A DNA stretch of 63,717 bases, counting the filler, from Welwitschia mirabilis (taxonomy: Eukaryota): assembly GCA_051453625.1 (NCBI GenBank). It is 4 parts of one record of this genome, joined end to end, with 100 filler letters (N's around TTAATTAATTAA, not from the genome) between each part and the next. Parts side by side here need not be neighbours in the genome. Positions count along the whole stretch, not along the records: positions 25,352 to 46,626 come from JBOZIK010000001.1; positions 46,727 to 57,396 come from JBOZIK010000001.1; 2 more parts are not named here. One strand, 5' to 3'. The translations under genes were made by a program, and so were the position numbers. Position 1 is the first letter of the stretch, and every line of letters starts with the position of its first letter. This document shows positions 41,080-54,169 of the stretch, in pieces. The notes under the pieces were generated by a model. The model did no database searches, was not told the origin of the DNA, and saw only the letters and a program-made list of their open reading frames with translations.

Positions 41080-41369
41080 CTAATGGGATCATTCTAAAGG
41101 ATTTCCAAAATGTATGGGATTATCCTTTAGTCATGAGGAAAAATTAAGGGGTTCTTCTTAGAAAGTGTTTCTTGTTTATCTTCCATGTGCAAAAATGGTA
41201 AGAAAATGTTTCTTACATCAAGAAAATTTAGGAACATAAGTATGATACTATTCTGATCATAGTAATTTGTTTTATTGCTCTTAGAACTAGTGCCACCATC
41301 AATTATGCTTAGTACATCTTTATCTTCTACCATCATGCTTCTAATGATACATTTATCCTTCAATGACAA
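41080..41369 (-). pseudogene. Possible gypsy (CRM-like) aspartic protease fragment
   Basis: ORF 41127-41369 contains KDVLSIIDGGTSS, resembling KxCxxIIDGGSxxN. A weak IHFGNP (ILLGRP-like) follows downstream. Confidence 0.35.
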
Positions 41370-42067
41370 TGTTAAGCAAATTATTAGTAAAACTGGTTTT
41401 CCATGACCTTAAGCATAATAAATACATAAAATCATCATAATGATTAATTAAACATGCTAATAAGGCCTTGATTCCTTGATGTAAATGTTAATTTTTATGT
41501 GTTATTAATAAGATATTTTTGGAAAATCTAGATTTCAACATATTTTAAATGTCTTTTTATAAGATAAATAACATTATTAAAATTATCGATATTTATTTCT
41601 TTAGGATTCATTAATAAATTATTGTAATATTTTAAAAAAATATTATTACTATAATAAATATGTCAATTTTCTTTATCTTTAAGATAAATAATTCCATTAT
41701 AATTTTTTTTTTTTCACTTTGAAGATCATAGTACTTCTTAAGCTCACTCATCTTTTTCCTTTTAAACTTATAAAATCAGTTCCTTTTTTTTAAAAGCTAA
41801 ATATTCTAAACAGGTTTTTAATTTTTAAATTATGTAAATTAGCTATCTAGTATTCAATGTACATGTAGGATACATGCTCCAACATTTTAGGTATAAATCA
41901 CAAGTACATACTAGACATTTGATAGTTATCTCCCACACTGGTAGGGATCATTCATGGGGTTTTCACCTAATTATGTAAAATACTAATACTAGTGAGTATA
42001 ATATAGTTTTCTAAGAATTAAATTTTTTAAAGAAAATAAAGAAAGAAAATATGTTGAGCTTAATGAG

Positions 42068-43795
42068 TGTTGCAGTGCATATTTGTGTAAACGTTATGTC
42101 CTCAAATAAATTTTGAAAATTACCAAAATAAATATTGCACAACATAACACTTTCAAACTGGTCAGGTGCTCTTATTCCTTAGGGAGTTGTTAAACTACCC
42201 CACGGTGAATTAGCTGCACCCACAATTCCAACAGATTTTGAAAATGGTAGAAGTAATGTCTCCTTGCATATTATGGATCNNNNNNNNNNNNNNNNNNNNN
42301 NNNNNNNNNNNNNNNNNNNNNNNNNNNNNNNNNNNNNNNNNNNNNNNNNNNNNNNNNNNNNNNNNNNNTAATAATGAGAAGAATTAATTTCAAACAAAAT
42401 ACTTATGTACTTTCTAAGTACAACAAAATAGTAATGCAACATAAATAATGCAAATGAGATGCAAAATCTATTCTAAACGCAATATCTATGTGATTACCAA
42501 ATTAACTATCATGGATATTGATCCAATATAATTTAGATTAATCAAGGAAAGTTGTCATCAAACCAAGATCAATCTAAGCTATTAGGTGTGTAAAACAATA
42601 TATAAAAACAAGGTAAAATTAATCTAACAAATGAAATGCACTGCGTCTAATCTAATAATGTCAATCTTAACGAAGGTTGCCCTCATGATCTATGTTACAA
42701 ATGAAGCTATCACAAAGTCATAAGCAATATGAATCATAAGGGATATGCACATAACAAAATATATGAAAAGAAAAATAAAGTTTTGATTAATTTGAATCGA
42801 CATTCATGTTACATAGTAGCAAAACCTTAATAAAGGATACACAACCCAACACCAAGGATGATGTCTTTTTGTAATAACAAAGGATGGATTTCCTACCCTT
42901 CAATCTCCTGTTATAAGAATTTTTGATGCTAAAGAAGATAAAGTTGGAGTTGAGGTAAAGGAGGTATTTATTACAAATAAAAACTCTAAAAACAACGAAC
43001 ACTAACAGATGTAATAAAACCTTAATGGCCATATAAGAAGTCATATGACAATGGTAAATATTTGGTGAAGTTTGGTGAAGAATTATATTTATATGTCATC
43101 TTACTGGTCATACAAATGTCATAGGAGAATATGCCATATCATACAAAATTCACATCATCTACCAAATTAGTCCAGTAAGTGTCCTAGTTAACATAAGTTC
43201 TTTTTTCATTTGTACTATCATTTGGATGATAAGATGAATGATGGACTTTGTAAAGATGTTTCTTATATCAAATAAACCTATTTAATTATAAGATTGCTAC
43301 TTTAGATAGAAAGTATTGTAATTTTCCTAAAATTCTATCAAATGCAATGAAGATTGCATGTTTTCATGATATTTGCCTTAGCTCTTCATTATCATTAAAA
43401 CTTAGCATAAACTTGTCTAATGTTCTATAAACTACACAAAATACCCTATTAAATACATATAATTTGGCATTGCAACATAGCCCTCCAGTTAGCCTTGTTA
43501 GTTTCTAACAAAATTAAGTAAATAATCATGCTTATGAGATAAATTAACTAATAAGAAATTCACTTAAAAGATATAAAGTAAATTCATAAATAACCTTAGA
43601 AATCTCAAAATATAGAATAGAAATGTCAAAAATAGATAACTGGATATTTCATGTATGTAATGTAAGTGGTAGTACTATCATCCTCATGGTCATCTAGATG
43701 ATGGAGGGGACAATAGATACAAAAAATTATTCCCAAAAAAATAGAAGCCTATAAAAATTTTTCAAAAAAATAAACATTAAAACATAATAATATCA
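42068..43795 (-). mobile_element. 3' LTR of a minus-strand Athila-like element (~1.7 kb)
   Basis: On the minus strand it starts TGATATTATT right after PPT CTAAGTGGGGGAGC and ends ...GCACTGCAACA at 42068, with no PBS after it. Confidence 0.8.
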
Positions 43796-46700
43796 ATAGC
43801 TCCCCACTTAGATGTATAGCATATCATGAAAAATAATTATGTATAACATAAAAAATCATCATATAAAATATCTTAATAATATGATGTATAATGACATCTT
43901 TAAAATAAAATATGAACATAAGGATAATATGCAAAACAATAATATCTATATAAGATAATGAGTTTTTAATATAATCTATAAAGGGAAGATACATAATACA
44001 ATGTAATAAATCACTTCCCTCATCATGTGAAAATAAATTCCTAATGTGCAACAAGTTCAAGTATAAGTGAAGAAGATGAAGAGTGCTTAGGACCTATAGG
44101 GAAATGATGATCAAGGTTTATAATAATGGAGCATGTAGCCTCATCTCCCTATACTCTGACTTCCTCAAGGATGTCAACTGTCCCATCATACTCAATGTGT
44201 AATATGCATTGACACACATCAGATAGCTACTTGTTAGTGTGTTGAACTCTACTCTCAACTATAGATATCCTTTACTATATCTCAATGAAGCCTTAGTATT
44301 CAACCTCTTTAATGCCATATGTAGTGCCTACTAGGATAGCCTAAATTTTCTTAATGATGATACCANNNNNNNNNNNNNNNNNNNNNNNNNNNNNNNNNNN
44401 NNNNNNNNNNNNNNNNNNNNNNNNNNNNNNNNNNNNNNNNNNNNNNNNNNNNNNNNNNNNNNNNNCAATTATAGGTCTCTATACCTGAGGTCTTTCTATC
44501 TCTCCTAAACTTTGGATGCTCATGTCTTATAGGTAATAATTTGATGTTTATAGATGTGTGAATCTTTGCTCACCCGTAGGCTTATATATATTGAAGTATC
44601 TAAATATAGCTAAGAGGAGGCATGGATATCTTAAAGTCTATAGTTATTAAGCCTTAATCATAATCCTAAGTCTTCTTCAAATAAAATTTGATAAGTCCAT
44701 CTACTCCCCCTATCTGAATACTGCCAACATTTGTAAGTGAGTCACCATGGCATGACTATTATAAAATGATGGGCTCATGTTATGAATCAACTCTTTGTGA
44801 AAAATCCTATAGGTAGGTGATAAATGTATCACCCAAACTCCCTATCTATAGCTAGTAATATTAGTTAGTATATTTAATGATATGCCATAAGAATGACAAT
44901 ATGTATCGTCAGTTTAGTAAATTCATATACTTCTGATGCCACCTAAGTTAATAATAGTAGTAATGCAATTTAAGAGAATAGATATCTCATGGCTACATAT
45001 GGTAGCTATAATCATATCGACTAGGCAATCATGAGCATCGATTTAGCTCTTAATGTGTATGATGTCAAAAAACTCTCTAGTCTCTAAGGCATAATAAGCT
45101 TCTTATAGATCCAAATTCCACTTGAGCTAAATATCTATCAATCTTTGATCCATATATAGCTCTAATTAACTCATAAAATCATTTAAGTAGCTCTCAACTC
45201 AGATAAAGCCTATCTAAATGGAGTGCAATCACATCTAACAAGGTGGAGGGTGAACTGGCTTTGCTTGCTTAATTTTAGATGCTAGTCATAAATCCACTTC
45301 TACTCTAATTCCTTAGCCTTTGCCTCAACCTATTTAACTCATTGTGTGCATGGTCTAATTAGTTATAAACACAAAACACATCACACAAGATTAAGTGAAA
45401 ATTACTAAAATGTGTCTCGTGGAGGATTTAAATGATCTCATAAATTGATTTTTATGTGTAAAAATCATGAAAATATGTCTTATCCCTCCTTTCATTTTTC
45501 CTAAGAGAATTAATACATCCTATATTGCTTAATCATATGAAGTAAAAATTCGAANNNNNNNNNNCTGGTGTACCCTCCAAAGGGTTAAAAATGAAAGTGC
45601 TCAAATAAAAATCTAATCTAATAGAAATGTATATCTTATTGTATTGATCAACTTACCTATAAGGACTAGTATGTTTTGACTTATTGATTTTTGAAAAAAT
45701 AAGGTTCAAGGTTAAAAATCTAATTCTACCTCATAAAGTGCAAAAAATCAAATATCTTCCAAAATACATTAAAAAAATTAGATTCATAAGTACTAATTCG
45801 AAGAGAATAAAAAACTAGTGATNNNNNNNNNNNNNNNNNNNNNNNNNNNNNNNNNNNNNNNNNNNNNNNNNNNNNNNNNNNNNNNNNNNNNNNNNNNNNN
45901 NNNNNNNNNNNNNNNNNNNNNNGGAGGCTTTAAATGATTCCATAAATTGATTTTTATGTGTAAAAATCATGAAAATATGTCTTGTCCCTCCTCCCCTTTT
46001 CCCTAAGAGAATTAATACATCTTGTATTGCTTAATCATATGAAGTAAAAATGCAAAGCATGAGAAAAATTAAAATGTGTAAAACTGGTGCACCCCCCAGA
46101 GGGTTAAAAATGAAAGTGCTTAAATAAAAATCTAATCTAGTAGAAATGTAGATCTTTAAGGACCAATATGTTTTTACTTAATGATTTTTCAAAAAAATTA
46201 GGTTTAAGGTTAAAAATCTAACTCTACCTGATAAAACGCATAAAATCAAATATCTTCCAAAATGCATGAAAAAAATTAGAGTCATAAGTACTAAAACGAA
46301 AAGAACAAAAAAACTAGTGATATATGTGAAAAATACAAGTTGAAAAGTGCAAAAATAGGAGGAAAAAATAATGAGGGAAAGAAAAAACATACCTTATTTT
46401 GATACATTTACTTAAATCTCATAATCTAGGATACTAATCTTATGAGCAAAAGATCTAAGACATTAGCGAGCACTAGTGTGATAGTTATTTATTAAAAGAA
46501 TGGATGAAAATAATGTCATAATAAATAAAAATGATGGAAAAATGGTTAGGCTATAGTTCTATTAACTAGCAAAAAAAAATCTAATCTGTTGTCTGCCTTG
46601 TAATCTGGATGTCGTGGTGGATGATANNNNNNNNNNNNNNNNNNNNNNNNNNNNNNNNNNNNNNNNNNNNTTAATTAATTAANNNNNNNNNNNNNNNNNN

Positions 46701-49700
46701 NNNNNNNNNNNNNNNNNNNNNNNNNNAATAAGGGGAATGCAACCACAATCAAAGAAGTAAGGATCTATGACCCATGATTAACTAATCCCCCAATGGAGTT
46801 CCTACAGCTACCCACACTATTAAAGATTCCTCTTGAAAAAAATTATTCTAGTATAGTAGGACATCATGGTAATCATGTATTTGAGCATTGATATAATAGA
46901 TCATGACCATTATTATTTAATTATTTTTTTAAAAATAAATCCCACATGATCACATGCTTAAAAAGAAAAAGGTAAAGAAGTGAGATAAAAGGTAGAAACG
47001 AATACATCTAAATAACCAAAAACCTTACATTATTGAGAAAAGAACAAAAACCAAGGCATCTTTTTTTAAAGTGAATTTAATAGACATGTAAATGTTTTAA
47101 GATTAGGTGAATCCAATCTTATCACTATAAAATGCCCAAGTATGAATGCTAGTCATTGAAACTTTATAAAGCAAATACATAAGTCAAGTTAAAGATAATC
47201 AAGTAACATCATAACATCCACTAAAGGAATTTGCTAAGAGAGAATTTAGAAAATAATAGGGATGAAATCCTCCTAATCAAGGGGAATGTCTAAGGCAATT
47301 ACTTCTATTATGTTCAAGGTTGTAACAAAAAGTTTATCATATATTTTCAACCTTTGTTCATTAACTTTCTAAATCTTCCTAATGTTTAGGTTAAAAATCT
47401 CAATAGAGCCATTAGAATGTACTTTATCTATAAGAGAAGAATCTAATCACTTCTAGATCAACTTATTATGTAAAATATACTTCCTAATATTATATAAAAG
47501 AACACGTTCACTAGGTTCCAACTTTTTATGAAGTAACATTTTATCATGTCTGAACCTAGCTTAGGCTTTGTGAATGAGTTAATGATNNNNNNNNNNNNNN
47601 NNNNNNNNNNNNNNNNNNNNNNNNNNNNNNNNNNNNNNNNNNNNNNNNNNNNNNNNNNNNNNNNNNNNNNNNNNNNNNNNNNNNNNNNNNNNNNNNNNNN
47701 NNNNNNNNNNNNNNNNNNNNNNNNNNNNNNTAAAGGAATTTTCTAAGAGAGAATTTAGACAATAATAGGGAATAAATCCTCCTAATTGAGTGAAATATCT
47801 AAGACAATTACTTCTATTATGTTCAAGGTTGTATCAAAAGGTTTTTCATATATTTTCAACCTTTGTTCATTAACTTTCTAAATCTTCCTAATGTTTAGGT
47901 TAAAAATCTCAATAGAGTCATTAGAATGTACTTTATTTATAAGATAAGAACCTAATCATTTATAGATCAGCTTATTATGTAAAATATACTTCCTAGTATT
48001 AAATAAAAGAACACGTCCACTAGGNNNNNNNNNNNNNNNNNNNNNNNNNNNNNNNNNNNNNNNNNNNNNNNNNNNNNNNNNNNNNNNNNNNNNNNNNNNN
48101 NNNNNNNNNNNNNNNNNNNNNNNNNNNNNNNNNNNNNNNNNNNNNNNNNNNNNNNNNNNNNNNNNNNNNNNNNNNNNNNNNNNNNNNNNNNNNNNNNNNN
48201 NNNNNAAACACATTAACTGATAAAACACAAACTTTTCTGTACATAATTTTATAAGGTGTCAAACTAAGAGAATTATGTAAAGTAGTATAGTAAGCTCAAA
48301 GAACATCATTAAGCTTAGAAGCCTAAGATTTCTTATTAATAAAGATAAGTCTTTAAAAAATTTTCTTTATTTCTCTCTTTACATTTTCAAACTTGACCAC
48401 CTGGTTTGTGGATGATAAGAACAAGCTATTCTACGTTCAATTCCAATGGATAAAAGAAGTTTTTCTAAAAAGATGATTAATAAAATGCATTTCTTGATCA
48501 CTGATGATAACTCTAGAAAAATCAAAACATTGAAAAATATGAGTTCTAATGAAAATACAAACAATTAAGGCATCATTTGTAAAAGTACGAATAGCTTAAA
48601 TCCATTTAGTAACATAATTAATAGTCACTAAAATGTAATTTTAATCATTATAAGGTGGTTTAACAGGGTTTATAAAATCAATTTCCCAATAANNNNNNNN
48701 NNNNNNNNNNNNNNNNNNNNNNNNNNNNNNNNNNNNNNNNNNNNNNNNNNNNNNNNNNNNNNNNNNNNNNNNNNNNNNNNNNNNNNNNNNNNATCATTTT
48801 TATTATTTTCAGAAAGGTCTATAAGGTTAAGTTAATGGGAAGAATGATAAGAGTTATAACACACATTAACTGGTAAAACACAAACTTTTCTGTACATAAT
48901 TTTATAAGGTGATAAACTAAGAGAATTATGTCAAGTAGTATGATAAGCTTAAAGAACATCATTAAGCTTAGAAGCCCAAGATTTCTTATTAATAGAGATA
49001 AGTTTTTTAAAAAAAAAATTTATTTCTCTCTTTACATTTTCAACTTGGCCACCTAGTTTATGGATGATAAGTACAAGCTACTCTATGTTCAATTACAATG
49101 GATAAAAGAAGTTTTTCTAAAAAGATGATTTATAAAATACATTTCTTGATCACTGATAATAACTCTAGAAAAATCAAAACATAAAAAATATGATTTCTAC
49201 CAAAAGTACAAATAGTTTAGGAATCATTTGTAAAAGTACGAATAACTTGAATCCATTTAGTAATATAATTAATAGTTATTAAAATGTAATTTTAATCATT
49301 ATAAGGTGGTTTAATAGGGTTTATAAAATCAATTTCCCAATAATCAAAAGGTTCACATTTAAGAATACATTTAATGGGCATTTAATAAGAATGAATAAGT
49401 CTATCATAACATTAGCAAGAATCACATCTTTTAGCAAAATCAAAAGAGCTTTAAAAAAGGCTAAGCCAATAAAAATTAGAGTGAAGAATTTTCATTGCTA
49501 TTTTCTATGCATTAGAATAACCTCTATAAATACCACCATGGCAAAGATGAAGGATATCTAATTTCTCCCATTCAAAAACACATTTTTTTATGANNNNNNN
49601 NNNNNNNNNNNNNNNNNNNNNNNNNNNNNNNNNNNNNNNNNNNNNNNNNNNNNNNNNNNNNNNNNNNNNNNNNNNNNNNNNNNNNNNNNNNNNAGGATAA

Positions 49701-51271
49701 GCCAATAAAAATTAGAGTGAATAATTTTCATTTCTATTTTCTATGCACTAGAATAACCTCTATAATTACCACCATGGAAAAGATAAAGGATATCTAATTT
49801 TTCCCATTTAGACATACATTTTCTTATCATTTAGTCTTTGCATCTATGATAAAGATGTGGCTCTATTCATTCATAATCACCTATTCTATATACAAAATAT
49901 TTTCTTTGATTATGACTTCAAGGTTGTGATGTTTTCATAGTAACAAGATAGTTAACTATGTCAGCATACTAAGGAGGAGGATGAGTAAAAGATATAGCAA
50001 AAAGTTATTCATCTGTAAAAGAATCATCAATTATGAAATTATCAAGAGAAGAAAAAATATGTGAAAAGTGATCTGGTATACTATTATGTTTTTCTGCTTT
50101 ATCAAGGATGGTAAGATTAAATTCTTGCATGAGGATGATCTATTGAATGAGTCTAGCACTAGATTATTTCTTGGTCATAAGCTATCCAATAGTTATATAG
50201 TAAATATAAACATTCATATAAAAGCCTAAAAGATAGTGTCTAAGATTATTGAGATAGAAGATTATGGCTAACATTTCTTTCTTAGTAGTAGTGTAATTTA
50301 TTTGAGCTTTAGACAAAGGTTTACCATGATAATATATAAATTTAATATCATTTTTATACTTTTATCCAAGAACTCCACCCACTGCAATATTAGTATCATT
50401 ACACCTTAATTCAAAATCTTTAATCTAATTGGATCCCATTACAATAGGTGAAAAAGAGATTTTATCTTTAAATGTTTCAAAAGCAAGATAACAATATTCA
50501 TTTCATTCAAATTTAGCTTCTTTTTTAAGCAATAAGTGAAGGGGTTTATAAATTTTAGCATAATCCTAAGTAGAATAATGATAAAAATCACAATAAACAA
50601 GGAAATATCGAAATTGTTTTACATTTTTTGAAGGAGTTAGGTCTTTAATGATACTTAATTTTTCAAGGCCCATCTAAATTCCTTTACTAGAGATGTGATG
50701 ACTTACAATAATTCCATTATCCACTAAACAGAGANNNNNNNNNNNNNNNNNNNNNNNNNNNNNNNNNNNNNNNNNNNNNNNNNNNNNNNNNNNNNNNNNN
50801 NNNNNNNNNNNNNNNNNNNNNNNNNNNNNNNNNNTGAACAAGGAAAGGTCAAACTTCTTTTACATTTATTGAAGGAGTTAGATCTTTACTAATACTTACT
50901 TTTTCAAGGTCTATCTAAATTCCTTTACTAGAGATGTAATGACTTAAAATAATTTCATTATCAGTTAAAAAGAGACTTTTCTCCCAACTTAAATGTAGGT
51001 TACTCTCAATGAATCTATCAAGGATATTCTCTAACCTTTTAAAGATTTATTTAAAGTTTTCACTAAAGATTAAGAAGTCATCGNNNNNNNNNNNNNNNNN
51101 NNNNNNNNNNNNNNNNNNNNNNNNNNNNNNNNNNNNNNNNNNNNNNNNNNNNNNNNNNNNNNNNNNNNNNNNNNNNNNNNNNNCTAACCTTTTAAAGATT
51201 TATTTAAAGTTTTCACTAAAGATTAAGAAGTCATCCATAAAAATTTCAATTAAATGTTGTCAAAAAAGATA
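43796..51271 (-). mobile_element. pol: Internal region of a minus-strand Athila-like element (RT 3' half, RNaseH, integrase, 3' spacer, extra-ORF region); spans a scaffold spacer
   Basis: Minus-strand motifs: IFMDDF at ~51225-51245, RNaseH NYTTTKKEMLAI, integrase LHLCHGGIYRG, WEIDFIKP...NYITKWIQ, YHPQT and KVNEQRLK at ~47345-47370. Collinear in reverse with 32160-40320. Confidence 0.92.
46627..46726. other. Artificial scaffold-joining spacer 44N-TTAATTAATTAA-44N
   Basis: 12-mer at 46671-46682 flanked by 44 N on each side. Confidence 0.95.
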
Positions 51272-53009
51272 CATATTGCACTATCAAATTGTATGTATTT
51301 GATGGGGTGTTATGAGCTATTTTATAGGAAATTTATACAGGTTTAGATACAATTTTAAGAATTATGAAGAATTAATAGATGATCATAGAAATGTGTAATT
51401 CTTAGCATATTCAAAGTCGTTTCAGGCACATTCTAATGTACATGACTTTTAAACAAGATCACTAATACAAAAGGAAGAGTTCTCTTAAGTTAAAAAGACA
51501 AGAGGTCTATCATCCCCTCTGTTATTTCCATGATAGGTAGGATGATAGCACTATAGATGCCACATGAGAATGCTAACGTGGACTAGAGCTAGTACTACTA
51601 AGTCATCATTTCTAAGAAATGTCATCTTCATGGTTGTTCCCATGATATGTACGATGATTAATGTAACATTTGAGCCATCGTCCTCTTTGTAATTTCTATG
51701 ATAGTCAGGACAACACTTAAAATGGCTAGCCGATCTTCATTCTTTTCATCCATTTATTTACCTAAATTGATTACATCTTGTAGTGTATTTTGTGTGATGG
51801 TTTTCCTTTCTTAACCCTATAAATATGACCTCCTCTTCAGATCTCCTATCCATTTTCATTTATACTAGATAGTCTCATGATAAGAGATCGAAGGATAGAA
51901 GATCTATCTCATGAGTTGTAGAAAAATGTTTCCTTGGTGAAGGGTTGTGCATCCTCCATTGAGGCTTGGCTATTTAATAACCTAGATTCTGGATCCATTT
52001 TAATATAAAACTCTATTTCATTTATGCATTNNNNNNNNNNNNNNNNNNNNNNNNNNNNNNNNNNNNNNNNATAGAGATGGTACTACTAAGTCATCTTTTC
52101 TAAGGAATGTCATCCTGATGATTATTCCCATGACATGTAGGATGTTTAATGTAACATTTCAGCCATTGTCCCCTTTGTCATTTGTATGATAGTCAGGATA
52201 ACACTTGAAATGGCTAGCCAACTTTCATTCATTTAATACATTTCTTTACCTAAATTGAGTGTGTCTTGCAGTGTATTTTATGTGATGGTTTTTCTTTCTT
52301 AACCCTATAAATAAGACCTCCCCTTTAGATCTCCTATCCATCTTCATTTACACCAAATAGTCTCATGACAGGAGATTAAAGAATAGGAGATCTATCTCAT
52401 GAGTTGCAGAAATACATTTCCTTGGTGAAGGGTTGTGCATCCTCCATTGAGGCTTAGCTGTTTGATAACCCAGATGCTGGTTTCATTTTAATATAAAACT
52501 CTATTTCATTTATGCATTTAATTCTATTATATTTTCTTTATGGTTTATCTTGTCCTTAATCTGATGATAGTTTTATTGATAATATAAGCCTTAAAAGTAT
52601 CCTTTATTAAGGTTAGAGAAAGTACTTTAAGAATCATTTTTCATTACATTTATTTGATTCAACTAATAGCTTAAGTTAATCTTGATTAGTGACAATTACC
52701 TTAACTAGTTTAGGTTATACAGAGCTAATCTTCCTAACACACCGATTTAGTACTCAGATAAGTGTTCATTTAGGTTTAGTTATACTTGCATTACATTGCA
52801 TTTTTATTTTCTACATTGTTATAAAGTTTGGATATAATTTTCTTTGAAAATCAATTCTCCTTCTTCTCTCATAACTCTTCAATGGATTATGACATTTTGG
52901 TACTCCCATTCATACTAAAGTTATATTTTATAATATATGTATATATATATATTTGTAATTATTAGGATTCATGAAGGTGAAAAGAATTGTGAAAATACAT
53001 AATGCAACA
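51272..53009 (+). mobile_element. 5'-truncated LTR of a more divergent Athila-like element
   Basis: CAAATTGTATGTATTTGATGGGG aligns with ~26557 of the other LTR. It contains CCTATAAATA and CCTTGGTG..GGGTTGTG.ATCCT blocks and ends ...AATGCAACA before the PBS. Confidence 0.75.
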
Positions 53010-53012
53010 TCC

Positions 53013-53030
53013 TAGTATCATTGCTAGGGA
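53013..53030 (+). promoter_or_regulatory. Athila-type primer-binding site, deaminated
   Basis: TAGTATCATTGCTAGGGA differs from TGGCGCCGTTGCCGGGGA only by transitions. The downstream sequence matches that after the 28376 PBS. Confidence 0.7.
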
Positions 53031-54169
53031 AGGTTATTAAGGAGCACGAGGATTGTCATCATTTGAGTAAGTAAATCAGATTTCTATTTAGTTATTTATT
53101 TATAGCAATATTGTTTTTTTTTAATTAGGAATCATATGCTTTTATTTGTAGTTTTTGATTTTTCTGAATAATTAATATNNNNNNNNNNNNNNNNNNNNNN
53201 NNNNNNNNNNNNNNNNNNNNNNNNNNNNNNNNNNNNNNNNNNNNNNNNNNNNNNNNNNNNNNNNNNNNNNNNNNNNNNNNNNNNNNNNNNNNNNNNNNNN
53301 NNNNNNNNNNNNNNNNNNNNNNNNNNNNNNNNNNNNNNNNNNNNNNNNNNNNNNNNNNNNNNNNNNNNNNNNNNNNNNNNNNNNNNNNNNNNNNNNNNNN
53401 NNNNNNNNNNNNNNNNNNNNNNNNNNNNNNNNNNNNNNNNNNNNNNNNNNNNNNNNNNNNNNNNNNNNNNNNNNNNNNNNNNNNNNNNNNNNNNNNNNNN
53501 NNNNNNNNNNNNNNNNNNNNNNNNNNNNNNNNNNNNNNNNNNNNNNNNNNNNNNNNNNNNNNNNNNNNNNNNNNNNNNNNNNNNNNNNNNNNNNNNNNNN
53601 NNNNNNNNNNNNNNNNNNNNNNNNNNNNNNNNNNNNNNNNNNNNNNNNNNNNNNNNNNNNNNNNNNNNNNNNNNNNNNNNNNNNNNNNNNNNNNNNNNNN
53701 NNNNNNNNNNNNNNNNNNNNNNNNNNNNNNNNNNNNNNNNNNNNNNNNNNNNNNNNNNNNNNNNNNTTAGTCTATTGTCCTATCTATTATCCCCACAACA
53801 TTGAGAATAATGACACGCATTTTGCAATTTAATTTTTATTTATGAATTTTTCTTTTAGTCTTAGTTTTAGTAGTAAAATTATTCGTCATCCTCTCTATTG
53901 TTCCCATGACATAGTAGATGATAGCCTTTTACTTTTCTATTTTTAGTGTAATTATTAGTTAGTAACAATTAGTTTACATTATCCCCTGTGTGTCATTCAC
54001 ATAACCAGAAAGACANNNNNNNNNNNNNNNNNNNNAGCTTTCTGCTAAATTTTTGTTTTCTATTTTCGCTTTCTGATTTTATCATTTCCTTTATCATCCT
54101 CATGATAAGATAGATGACTATTAGTTGTTTTTTATTTCATTTTCTATTATTTTATATTTACAAGATGTT

